A stretch of DNA of 26,299 bases from a bacterium (GCA_044869275.1 JBIOXB010000171.1:1-26299); one strand, 5' to 3'. Numbered from the stretch's first letter, positions 1 to 7,974 are shown. Notes: generated by a model not told the origin, from the letters alone. Numbers and translations: made by a program.

Positions 1-50
1 GGTTCAAAAGCAACTGCTAAAACTGTAAACTCTGGCGGCAGAGTAGGCAA
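1..50 (-). CDS. Transposase N-terminus (partial, MPTLPPEFTVLAVAFEP...)
   Basis: Open frame from TTG at 50 to the window edge with a strong RBS. It resembles the N-termini of IS701-like transposases (xLPxxxxxxLxxFxPLF). Only 17 codons are visible. Confidence 0.6.
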   Translation of the reverse strand, partial: MPTLPPEFTVLAVAFE

Positions 51-123
51 AGGTCATTCCTCCTAAGGGAAATGACTATAATTTACTCTGCGTCTGAACA
101 TATTCAAAATGGATAAAGTCCAG
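1..123 (-). mobile_element. Left end of an insertion sequence (probably IS701-like DDE family) running off the window start
   Basis: The minus strand begins CTGGACTTTATCCA (123-110), a candidate terminal IR. It is followed by RBS AGGAGG (64-59) and a TTG-start ORF 8 nt later. The segment is AT-richer than the flank and abuts the point where the transporter reading frame is cut. Confidence 0.7.
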
Positions 124-1367
124 CTTACATGGTGGGAAAATTCGGCGGCGCGACCTTTGTTATCTTTTACGTGCTCGTCAACGTTTTGATCGGCATTCCA
201 GCGTTGATGGCGGAATGGGCGTTGGGGCGCCATACGCGCCAGGGCACAGTCGGCGCTTTTGCCCGGGCAGGCTTGCCGTATGGCCGTGCCGTCGGATGGT
301 TCTTTTTCGTTGTCGTATTGGCGGCCACGGGCTACTATTCCAATGCTGTTGGCTGGGTGCTATATCATGCCATTACCGAGCTGGCAGCGGCATTTCATTT
401 TTCTTATCGCGCCGCGGAAATTTTGCCGCCGCCAACCGGCTTTGTGGCCAAATCGTTCGTCTTGCAGCTGTCATGCACCAGCCTCGTGATTCTGAGTTGC
501 GCTGTCGTTTTGCTTCGGGGCCTGCGTTCAGGCATTGAAGTCATCAGCAAGATCACCATGCCGGCATTGCTGATCATTTTAATCATCCTCATCATGCGCG
601 CCCTCACCCTGCCTGGCGCTGCGCAAGGCCTTGAATGGTATATCTTGAAATTCGATTGGAACGCGCTGACCGGCAAGGTGATGGTCGCCGCTCTCGGCCA
701 AACCGTCTTTTCGCTGTCCCTCGGCGGCACCTTCATGGTCGTGTATGGTTCCTATTTGAACAAAAATGACGATTTGAAAACGAACGCCATCTGGACGACT
801 CTCGGTGATTCCATCTCTGGAGTACTCGCCGGCTTGGCCATCATTCCGGCGGTTTTTGCGCTTGGGCTCGAGCCCAGCAGTGGCCCGGGACTTATTTTCT
901 TCACGCTGCCACAGGTCTTCGCCGCGATTCCAGCAGGATGGCTCTTTGGCCTGCTCTTCTTCCTCGGCCTCTTTGGCGCCGGTCTTTTGTCCGACCTCGC
1001 AGCTTTTGAAGTTTTGGTGGCCGGCATTACGGACAATACGCCGTTGCCCCGAACCCGCGCGGTCTGGCTTTTATCGGTGCTCGTCTTGCTCTTTGCCATA
1101 CCACCGATGATCAATATGGAAATTTTCGTGCCCTGGGATTTGACTTTTGGCTCAGGCATGCAAACGCTGGGTTGCCTGCTTGCGGTCATCACCCTTGCCT
1201 GGGTGATGAAACGCTCGGAAGCGCTCAAAGAACTGGCGGAGAATGCAGATTCGGGTTTTGCTATTGGGCTGTATTATTGGGTGCGATTTGTGATTCCCGG
1301 GGCCATCATCTTGGTTGGAATTTGGTGGCTGTTGACAGATGTCTTTCATGTTTTGGGCGGGGTATGA
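124..1367 (+). pseudogene. Sodium-dependent transporter, NSS/SNF (LeuT-like) family, 5'-truncated by the IS
   Basis: Motifs (Y)MVGKFGGATF, GIPALMAEWALGR, GQTVFSLSLG and GPGLIFFTLP are present. The TM1 motif GLGNxWRFP that should precede YMVG is absent, and an in-frame TAA at 114-116 lies inside the IS end. Confidence 0.85.
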
Positions 1368-1436
1368 GCTTATGGCGGTTTTCAAGTGAATGCGCATTAG
1401 CTTCTTCTGCAAAAAGACTAATTGCGGAACTTGGCG

Positions 1437-2288
1437 ATGATCCTGCCTAAAATCGCCTGGCAACCGGATGCCGTGGCGCATCATTACGACGAGCTTGATA
1501 TTTTATACCGCGAGCTCTGGGGCGAGCACGTGCATCACGGCCTGTGGTTGACGGGAACAGAGTCGCCTTCCGAAGCAACGCTTCAGCTCCTCTTTACTGT
1601 TGCGCAACGCGCCAGCCTGGAGGCGGGCGCGCGAGTCTGCGATGTCGGGGCCGGCTATGGGGCAACGGCGCGTTGGCTCGCGCGTCATTATCAGGCGCGC
1701 GTCATTGCCTTAACGGTATCGCCTGCGCAGTTCGCTTATGCTCAAGCTCAAAGCTTTTCTCAGCACGGCCCGCCTCCAACCTACTTGCTGCAAGATTGGT
1801 TGAGCAATACCCTGCCGAACGAGTCCTTTGAGGCCGTGCTGGCAATTGAAAGCACGGAGCACATGGCAGACAAATACCGCTGTTTTGCCGAAGCATTACG
1901 CGTGCTGCGCCCGGGCGGAAAATTCGTGATTTGCGCCTGGCTGGCCGGTGAATCGCTGCGCCCATGGGAAGTGCGCCATTTGCTCGAACCGATCTGCCGC
2001 GAGGGCCGGCTGGCCGGACTCGGCAGCGCGCGGGAGTATTGCCAATGGTTGGAACAATGCGGTTTTATCGTCGAGAGTTGCGAAGAGCTCAGCGCGCAAG
2101 TCCGGCGGACATGGACGGTGGCCATCCGGCGCATGATTCACGGGCTCGGAACCAGAACGGATTATTGGCGTTATTTGCTGGATGGCCGGAATCGTGAACG
2201 TATTTTTGGATTGACGGTGGTTCGCCTGTGGCTGGCGTATCGCATGGGCGCCTTACGCTATGGCATCTTGACGGCGCGTCGAGTTTAG
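1437..2288 (+). CDS. Class I SAM-dependent methyltransferase (tocopherol/sterol methyltransferase-like)
   Basis: HYD..WGEHVHHGLW, motif I DVGAGYG, IESTEHMADK, LRPGG. ATG at 1437 is preferred over TTG at 1422. Confidence 0.85.
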   Translation: MILPKIAWQPDAVAHHYDELDILYRELWGEHVHHGLWLTGTESPSEATLQLLFTVAQRASLEAGARVCDVGAGYGATARWLARHYQARVIALTVSPAQFAYAQAQSFSQHGPPPTYLLQDWLSNTLPNESFEAVLAIESTEHMADKYRCFAEALRVLRPGGKFVICAWLAGESLRPWEVRHLLEPICREGRLAGLGSAREYCQWLEQCGFIVESCEELSAQVRRTWTVAIRRMIHGLGTRTDYWRYLLDGRNRERIFGLTVVRLWLAYRMGALRYGILTARRV

Positions 2289-2320
2289 GCGATTTTCCTC
2301 AAAACCACCCGAAAAAAAGG

Positions 2321-2349
2321 TTGACTCCGCGAGACCGGATTTGTATATT
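2321..2349 (+). promoter_or_regulatory. Sigma70-type promoter for the tRNA-Ser/gltX unit
   Basis: TTGACT-17 nt-TATATT with an A-rich tract upstream, about 20 nt before tRNA-Ser. Confidence 0.7.
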
Positions 2350-2370
2350 CGACAGTTTTCGCAAGCCCTT

Positions 2371-2455
2371 GGAGGGCTAGACCTAATTGGTAAGGCGGCG
2401 GTCTTGAAAACCGCTGGGCTCATCACCCTTGGGAGTTCGAGTCTCCCGCCCTCCG
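2371..2455 (+). tRNA. tRNA-Ser(TGA)
   Basis: Acceptor GGAGGGC/GCCCTCC, G73, anticodon arm GCGGT-CT TGA AA-ACCGC, long variable arm, GTTCGAGTC T-loop. No encoded CCA. Confidence 0.95.
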
Positions 2456-2457
2456 CG

Positions 2458-2532
2458 CAATTGTCAATGGTCAATTGCGAACGATCAATTGTCAATTGGC
2501 CGTTCACAATTGACCATTCACAATTCATCATT
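2458..2532. repeat. Heptamer (CAATTGT-type) tandem repeats in two opposed arms
   Basis: caattgt caatggt caattgc gaacgat caattgt caattgg ... caattga ccattca caattca. Confidence 0.85.
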
Positions 2533-2534
2533 TC

Positions 2535-2624
2535 GGAGAGGTGCCTGAGTGGCCGAAAGGAGCCGCCTGCTAAGCGGTTGTAGTGCCAAAAGCGCTACCC
2601 AGGGTTCGAATCCCTGCCTCTCCG
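2535..2624 (+). tRNA. tRNA-Ser(GCT)
   Basis: GGAGAGG/CCTCTCC acceptor, GCCGC-CT GCT AA-GCGGT anticodon arm, long variable arm, GTTCGAATC. No CCA. Confidence 0.95.
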
Positions 2625-2634
2625 CCGAAAGCCG

Positions 2635-2662
2635 CAAAGCGCATGGAGCATAGCGCAAAGCG
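2635..2662. repeat. Short heptamer repeat (GCAAAGC-type)
   Basis: gcaaagc gcatgga gcatagc gcaaagc. Confidence 0.6.
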
Positions 2663-2715
2663 TTGTTGTCTCGGAAAAGATCGAATACTATTTTTTAGCT
2701 GGCAATCAAATTCGA

Positions 2716-4138
2716 ATGATAAGAGTTCGTTTCGCGCCCAGCCCAACAGGTTTCTTGCACATCGGCGGAGCGCGAACCGCGATCTTCAATTGGTTGTATG
2801 CCAGGAAGCATGGCGGCAAGTTCTTTCTCAGAATCGAAGACACCGACTTCAAGCGCTCGGGCGAAGAAATGACGCGCGCCATCATCGACAGCTTGCGCTG
2901 GCTCGGGCTGGATTGGGAGGGAGAGCCCGTGCGCCAATCCGAGCGCATTGCCATTTATCAGCAATACGCACAGCGTTTGCTGGAAACGGGCCATGCGTAT
3001 CGCAGCTTTGCAACGGACGAGGTCGTGGAAGTAGCGCGCGAGCAGGCCAAGCTCGAGAAAAGGGATTTTCGCTATCGCGAGGCTTTTCCGCGTTGCTCGA
3101 AGACGGAGGAAGAAAAGCTGCTGGCGGCAGAGAAGCCGTTCGCGATTCGCCTCGCCTCGCCGCCGGGGAAAACGAGGTTCAACGATCTCGTGCACGGCGA
3201 AGTCGGTTTTGACAACGCGCTGATCGATGATTTCGTGATTTTGCGCTCGGACGGCATGCCCACGTATCATTTGGCGGTGGTCGTTGACGACCACGAAATG
3301 GGCATCACACATGTGCTGCGCGGTGACGATCACATCTCGAACACGCCCAAACAGATCATGCTGTATCGCGCGTTCGGCTGGCAGCTACCGGCATTTGCGC
3401 ACGTACCATTGATTCTGGGACCGGACAAAACACGGTTGAGCAAGCGCCATGGCGCTACGGCCGTTGGTGAATACGAAAAGAAAGGCTTTCTGCCCGAAGC
3501 GCTGTTCAACTATCTTGCATTGCTCGGCTGGTCGCCCGGCGACGATCGCGAGCTGCTCAGTCGCGAAGAATTGGTTGCGCTCTTTGACACCTCCGGCATA
3601 TCACAACGCTGTTTTTGATGAGAAAAAGCTGGAATGGCTGAACGGCCAATATTTGAGCAGCTTGCCGGCCGCCGCATTTGAAACCCGCATCGCCGAAGCC
3701 CTGATCGAAGCCGGGGTGATTGCGCGCGCGCAGTTGCGCCACGATGATCTGCGCGCCGTGATCGAGCTTCTGAAGACGCGCCTGAAAACAATTCCGGAGT
3801 TTGTCACCTACGGCGCTTATTTTTTTCGCGACCCGGCAAGTTACGAAGAAGCCGCGCGTGCCAAGCATTGGAAAGATCCGCAAGTGCGGGCCTGGCTGGC
3901 GCACTTCATCGAGGAGCTGGAAAAAACCTCGGGCTTTAGCGCGGCAGAAATTGAGAGGTGTTTGCGCGCGCTGGCGGAAAGCTTGGGCCTCCCTGCAGCC
4001 AAGTTGATTCATGCGACTCGGCTTGCCGTTACCGGCTTCGGTGTCAGCCCGAGCCTGTTTGACACCATGGCCGTTTTGGGAAAGGAAACCGTTGTCCGCC
4101 GTTTGCAGCAAGCGATTTCCCAACTCACGGAACACTGA
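2716..4138 (+). CDS. gltX: Glutamate--tRNA ligase, frameshifted at ~3603
   Basis: RFAPSPTGFLHIGG (HIGH), RLSKR (KMSKS) and RGDDH lie in 2716-3618. The continuation NAVFDEKKLEWLNGQY and the anticodon-binding domain are in another frame ending at 4138. Confidence 0.95.
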
Positions 4139-4161
4139 ACACTGATTACTGATTACTGAAA
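4131..4161. repeat. Heptamer repeat (AACACTG/ATTACTG) overlapping the gltX stop
   Basis: aacactg aacactg attactg attactg. Confidence 0.75.
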
Positions 4162-4163
4162 AT

Positions 4164-4234
4164 TGGGGAGTCGTCCAACGGCAGGACATACGGCTCTGGA
4201 CCGTAGAATCGGGGTTCAAATCCCTGCTCCCCAG
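4164..4234 (+). tRNA. tRNA-Gln(CTG)
   Basis: TGGGGAG/CTCCCCA acceptor (U1-A72), TACGG-CT CTG GA-CCGTA anticodon arm, GTTCAAATC. No CCA. Confidence 0.95.
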
Positions 4235-4249
4235 CTGGTGTTTTACAAA

Positions 4250-4323
4250 TTGAGGATCGAGGATAGAGGTTCGAAGATGGCAAAAGACGGTGCGATTTTC
4301 CATCCTCGATCTTCAATTCTCGA
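4250..4323. repeat. Heptamer (GAAGATC/GAGGATC-type) inverted-repeat hairpin
   Basis: tgaggat cgaggat agaggtt cgaagat -gcaaaag loop- atcctcg atcttca attctcg. Confidence 0.85.
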
Positions 4324-4328
4324 AACAC

Positions 4329-4401
4329 GGCGCATTCGTCTAGTGGTCTAGGACGCTGGCCTCTCACGTCGGTAACACGGGTTCGAATCCCGTATGCGCC
4401 A
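4329..4401 (+). tRNA. tRNA-Glu(CTC)
   Basis: GGCGCAT/ATGCGCC acceptor, CTGGC-CT CTC AC-GTCGG anticodon arm, GTTCGAATC. No CCA. Confidence 0.95.
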
Positions 4402-4409
4402 CTTTTTGT

Positions 4410-4488
4410 TGAAGATCGAAGATAGAAAATTAAAGATAGCAAAAGCCGTGGCCATCTTCTATCCTCGATCTTCTATTTTCGATTTTCG
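4410..4488. repeat. Heptamer (GAAGATC-type) inverted-repeat hairpin
   Basis: tgaagat cgaagat agaaaat taaagat -gcaaaag loop- atcttct atcctcg atcttct attttcg attttcg. Confidence 0.85.
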
Positions 4489-4513
4489 CCATCCCTGCGC
4501 TTCAAATATCCGT

Positions 4514-4541
4514 TTGACTTTTGCACAAATTCTGCTATATT
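4514..4541 (+). promoter_or_regulatory. Sigma70-type promoter for tRNA-Arg-tadA and downstream tRNAs
   Basis: TTGACT-16 nt-TATATT with a TGn extended -10. Same hexamers as the promoter at 2321. Confidence 0.7.
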
Positions 4542-4555
4542 AAAGACCGCTGCAT

Positions 4556-4632
4556 GCGCCCGTAGCTCAACTGGATAGAGCGCTTGGCTACGGACCAAGA
4601 GGCTGAGGGTTCAAGTCCTTCCGGGCGTACCA
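4556..4632 (+). tRNA. tRNA-Arg(ACG)
   Basis: GCGCCCG/CGGGCGT acceptor, CTTGG-CT ACG GA-CCAAG anticodon arm, GTTCAAGTC, encoded CCA. Confidence 0.95.
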
Positions 4633-4736
4633 AAGTTTGCTGAGAGGGAAAGACAAGAGATGTAAATTTCTTGTCTTTTTTTTCGACAACGCGGGCCAAA
4701 CAACCTGGGTTTTGGATTGATGTTGGGAGAAACGCC

Positions 4737-5207
4737 TTGACGCACGAGCATTGGATGCAATACGCGCTCAAAGAAGCGGAAAAAGCTCTGGACAAAGGCG
4801 AGGTTCCCATCGGCGCGGTGGTGGTGTACGAAGATCTCATCATCGGCAAGGGGCACAATCTCACGGAGACGCTGCAAGACGCCACGGCGCACGCCGAGGT
4901 CCTTGCGATCACCGCCGCCTCCGCGCATCAAGGGAGTTGGCGTTTGGACGGCGCCATACTTTACGCCACGGTCGAGCCTTGCCCAATGTGTTGCGGCGCC
5001 ACCTTGTTGTCGCGCCTCGGAAAGATCGTGTATGGCACGGATGATGCGCGTTTCGGCGGCTGCGGTTCGATAGCGGGCATTAATGTGATGTCCACTAACC
5101 CCTTCGGGCCGGCGGTGCAAATTGTCCGCCATATCAAGCAGAATGAGTGCCAGCAATTGATCAAGCACTTCTTCCAAAAATTGAGAGCAGTGAGTCCTGC
5201 GGAATGA
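4737..5207 (+). CDS. tadA: tRNA adenosine(34) deaminase
   Basis: GEVPIGAV, TAHAE and EPCPMC zinc motifs. Likely TTG start at 4737 after GGGAGA. Confidence 0.92.
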   Translation: MTHEHWMQYALKEAEKALDKGEVPIGAVVVYEDLIIGKGHNLTETLQDATAHAEVLAITAASAHQGSWRLDGAILYATVEPCPMCCGATLLSRLGKIVYGTDDARFGGCGSIAGINVMSTNPFGPAVQIVRHIKQNECQQLIKHFFQKLRAVSPAE

Positions 5208-5223
5208 AATGAGGTATTGATTC

Positions 5224-5296
5224 GGGGCAGTAGCTCAGCTGGGAGAGCGCCACGTTCGCAACGTGGAGGTCGGCGGTTCGATCCCGCTCTGCTCCA
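5224..5296 (+). tRNA. tRNA-Ala(CGC)
   Basis: GGGGCAG/CTGCTCC acceptor with G3-U70, CCACG-TT CGC AA-CGTGG anticodon arm. No CCA. Confidence 0.95.
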
Positions 5297-5310
5297 CTTC
5301 GTCTTTGAGA

Positions 5311-5391
5311 CGAAGATCGAGGATCGATGATTGAAGTTCGCAAAAGCGGATTCACAATCATCGATCTTCGATCCTCCATCTTCTATCCTCA
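5311..5391. repeat. Heptamer (GAAGATC-type) inverted-repeat hairpin
   Basis: cgaagat cgaggat cgatgat tgaagtt -gcaaaag loop- atcttcg atcctcc atcttct atcctca. Confidence 0.85.
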
Positions 5392-5405
5392 AATTTACAC
5401 GACCA

Positions 5406-5492
5406 GGAGAGGTGGCTGAGTGGTCGAAAGCGGCGGTCTCGAAAACCGTTATCGGCTCTGGTCGATCGGGGGTTCGAATCCCCCCCTCTCCG
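5406..5492 (+). tRNA. tRNA-Ser(CGA)
   Basis: GGAGAGG/CCTCTCC acceptor, GCGGT-CT CGA AA-ACCGT anticodon arm, long variable arm. No CCA. Confidence 0.95.
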
Positions 5493-5497
5493 CCGCT

Positions 5498-5561
5498 TGA
5501 ATTGACAATTATCAATTCACAATTGTCAATTATCAATTGCGAATTGATAATTGTCAATTGG
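5498..5561. repeat. Heptamer (CAATTRN) tandem array, about 9 units
   Basis: gaattga caattat caattca caattgt caattat caattgc gaattga taattgt caattgg. Confidence 0.9.
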
Positions 5562-5565
5562 GCCC

Positions 5566-5655
5566 GGAGAGGTGTCCGAGAGGCCGAAGGAACGCGACTG
5601 GAAATCGCGTGTAGTGCCAAAAGCGCTACCGTGGGTTCGAATCCCACCCTCTCCG
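5566..5655 (+). tRNA. tRNA-Ser(GGA)
   Basis: GGAGAGG/CCTCTCC acceptor, CGCGA-CT GGA AA-TCGCG anticodon arm, long variable arm. No CCA. Confidence 0.95.
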
Positions 5656-5663
5656 CGAGATTT

Positions 5664-5698
5664 CAATTGACAATTCACCGTTAACAATTCACAATTGA
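5664..5698. repeat. Heptamer (CAATTGA/CAATTCA) tandem repeat
   Basis: caattga caattca ccgttaa caattca caattga. Confidence 0.8.
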
Positions 5699-5789
5699 GC
5701 ACCGGCCGTGGTCGCGGCATTCATAAGCGGCGCCACAAGCGCTGATGTAGATTTCCCCCTCTCAATACACCTCCCCTGCCTTTTCAATG

Positions 5790-5946
5790 CTATAAACATT
5801 TCACGCCTTCGGCGTTTAACGAACTGAGGTATAACAAGAATTGGCAAATACTATTCGAACTATTCGAATTCTTCGAATAGTTGCGGCTTCCAAGTAGCCA
5901 TGCGCAATCGAGTGCAGCCTGAACTGTCAAAATTTCCTTGACAGTT
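5790..5946. repeat. Cluster of short palindromes (REP-like or terminator-like) downstream of the RhuM-family gene
   Basis: ACGCC-TTC-GGCGT preceded by CTATAAACAT (5790-5816); AACTATTCGAA-ttc-TTCGAATAGTT (5858-5882); AACTGTCAA-7 nt-TTGACAGTT (5922-5946). Confidence 0.6.
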
Positions 5947-5976
5947 ACCAGCCGCTGGCCGCACTTTATTTTCGGC

Positions 5977-6861
5977 TTATTTCTTCTTCGGCGATTTCTT
6001 GGATTTGCGCCCGCCCGTGAGTTTTTTGATTTTCGCTACGGCCTCTTCGAAATCTTTCTCCACCGGTGAAGGTTCATCCGCTTTCAACGCACGGTATCTT
6101 TCAAATTCCGCCTCGGCTTTCTGCAACGCCTGCTCATGCGAGATGCGACCGGCGTGCGTGAGAATTTCGCGGTCGGTGAGTTTCAGGAAATCATCGAGCT
6201 TGGCGATCCAATCGGCCATGTGCATCACCCGGCGGTTGAGCGCTTGCAGCTCGGCGAAATCCAGATAAGCGGAAACAATCAGATTCAAGGCCTCGAGTTC
6301 TTCCGGCGTCAAGTAATTCTTTGCAATCGCCACCTCGTCGCGGCGAATGCGGCCGCTCTTCCAGTTGGTCAGGCCCATATTCGGCTTGGTTGCATCGGCC
6401 CGATGATGAATCACTTCCGCCGCGGTCTGGCCGTGCACGGCCCAGTGCATTTTGTTTTGCACGGTGGCAAAGAACTTTTGCGTGACCTCATATTCACGCA
6501 GCCGTTGCGTGGCCCAAATGCGAAACTGTGTGCCGCGATGCGACTTCACCCGATAACCGACGGAGATGATGACGTCGAGATTGAAGTACTCGAGGTCGCG
6601 ACTCACCTCGCGGTTTCCTTCAGATTGAACTGTTGCAAAATTTGCAACAGTTCGTTCTCGTGGGAGCTCGCCCTCCTCGAAGACATTGCGAATATGCCTG
6701 GAAATAACCGACTTGTCCCGCTGGAACAAATCGGCCATCTGATTCAATGTCAGCCACACCGTTTCGCCCTCCAGCCTCACCTCGAGGCGAGTCTGTTGGT
6801 CATCGGTTTGGTAGAAAATCAGCTGTGAGGAACTGGAATTTCCTTTCGCTGTGAGTTTCAT
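5977..6861 (-). CDS. Virulence RhuM family protein with an apparent internal in-frame deletion
   Basis: ETVWLTLNQMADLFQ, YFNLDVIISVGYRVKSHRGTQFRIWAT, FFATVQNKMHWA, IAKNYL, HAGRISHEQA. RBS GGAGAGAGG. Confidence 0.88.
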   Translation of the reverse strand: MKLTAKGNSSSSQLIFYQTDDQQTRLEVRLEGETVWLTLNQMADLFQRDKSVISRHIRNVFEEGELPRERTVANFATVQSEGNREVSRDLEYFNLDVIISVGYRVKSHRGTQFRIWATQRLREYEVTQKFFATVQNKMHWAVHGQTAAEVIHHRADATKPNMGLTNWKSGRIRRDEVAIAKNYLTPEELEALNLIVSAYLDFAELQALNRRVMHMADWIAKLDDFLKLTDREILTHAGRISHEQALQKAEAEFERYRALKADEPSPVEKDFEEAVAKIKKLTGGRKSKKSPKKK

Positions 6862-7455
6862 GCCTCTCTCCTAAAATTGGGCGAAGGCGGACTTGCGCTG
6901 GCGCGAATCTTGAATCTTTCCGCTCCCTAAAGCGCATGTCCGGCTTCACCAGCTCTTACACCGTCTTGAAACTCGTCACCCTTAGGAATCTGATTGGCTC
7001 GTCCTCCAAACACGAAACCCCCGAGCGAGAGCAGGCCTGCGAAGCCATTGCACCCAGGGGTTTCATAAATAACAGCGAAATTGTTATCGCAGTTTGCTCT
7101 ATTCGATCAACCAGGAAAACTACAGTCGTGCGCTAAACTTTGCAAGGATTTTTTGTTTGAATCCATCCTTGATGACTCCACGCATTATCATTCTCCATAA
7201 TACCACTCGTTTCTTAGACTCAGCAAGAATGTATAAACAGAGTCCAGAGCTTGATGATTTGCTGCCCATTCTATGTGCTCCCTGCAACATATCATTAAGC
7301 CCGCCGTGCAAAGGAGCAATAGCAACGAGTTGCCTGAAGGCAAAGGCAACGCCAGCGGCAGACGCGGGGTTTCGCGCTCTATGACGCCGGCCGCCGTCGG
7401 CCAGGTTAGATAAGTGCTTAGTGAAATAAACTCAGAATAAAATTCAGAAAATCTG

Positions 7456-7530
7456 GCTCACGGAAAAGAAATCTCACGGAAAAAATATTCTCATGTTTTC
7501 ATTTCCGTGAGCTGTTCCATTTCCGTGAGC
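7456..7530. repeat. Doubled inverted repeat (REP-like hairpin)
   Basis: (G)CTCACGGAAA at 7456 and 7473; TTTCCGTGAGC at 7502 and 7520. Confidence 0.8.
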
Positions 7531-7617
7531 TTGAACTTTGCTGCTCGAAGAGCTTCAATTTTCAGATTGAAAATTGGGGTAGGATCTTAAAATACAATGT
7601 CCCTGTTGGTGGAATCA

Positions 7618-7972
7618 CAATATCCAGCCGTGTAATGGCTGTTGAGGCTTTTAAAGTTCATTACACGGCGGTGAAGAGGCGGTCAAAAGCTCTCCGGTGC
7701 CATTCCCCGGCGGGGTAATGCCGTGTAAAACCTTCTTCACTCCATTACACAGAGGTGCAGTCGCGTTTGGAAGCCTTCTCCCGCCATTCCCCCGCCGGGG
7801 AATCTGCTTTGCAAGCAATTATTCGCCATTCCCCCGTGTGGTAAAGGGCCGAGGAAAGTCTTGTGCAGCATTACGCGCGGTTGCATTTGCGATTGGAGGG
7901 TCTCGCACGCCGTTACACCGCCGTGAAATCCCCTATGAAAGCTTCCAACTGCCATTACCCGGGCTGGGAGCT
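7618..7972. repeat. Degenerate 42-bp-period array, 9 units, two dyads per unit
   Basis: CATT(A/C)C-type starts at 7659, 7701, 7743, 7785, 7827, 7869, 7911 (CGTTAC) and 7953, exactly 42 apart, plus a unit at 7618 (41 bp before). Confidence 0.85.
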
Positions 7973-7974
7973 GA

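Noticed and set aside
1364..1450. 28-codon ORF bridging the transporter and methyltransferase (ATGA overlap)
   Set aside because: Too short and without motif support; it could be chance.
2253..5720. Short ORFs spanning the tRNAs and heptamer repeats (e.g. 2341-2583, 4146-4442, 4961-5647, 5331-5684)
   Set aside because: They are translations of tRNA genes and repeats.
7618..7972. CRISPR array or canonical TIGR array
   Set aside because: The repeats are too degenerate, the variable blocks are only about 4-6 nt, and no cas or Nop-domain gene or box C/D motif is visible. Kept as an unexplained array.
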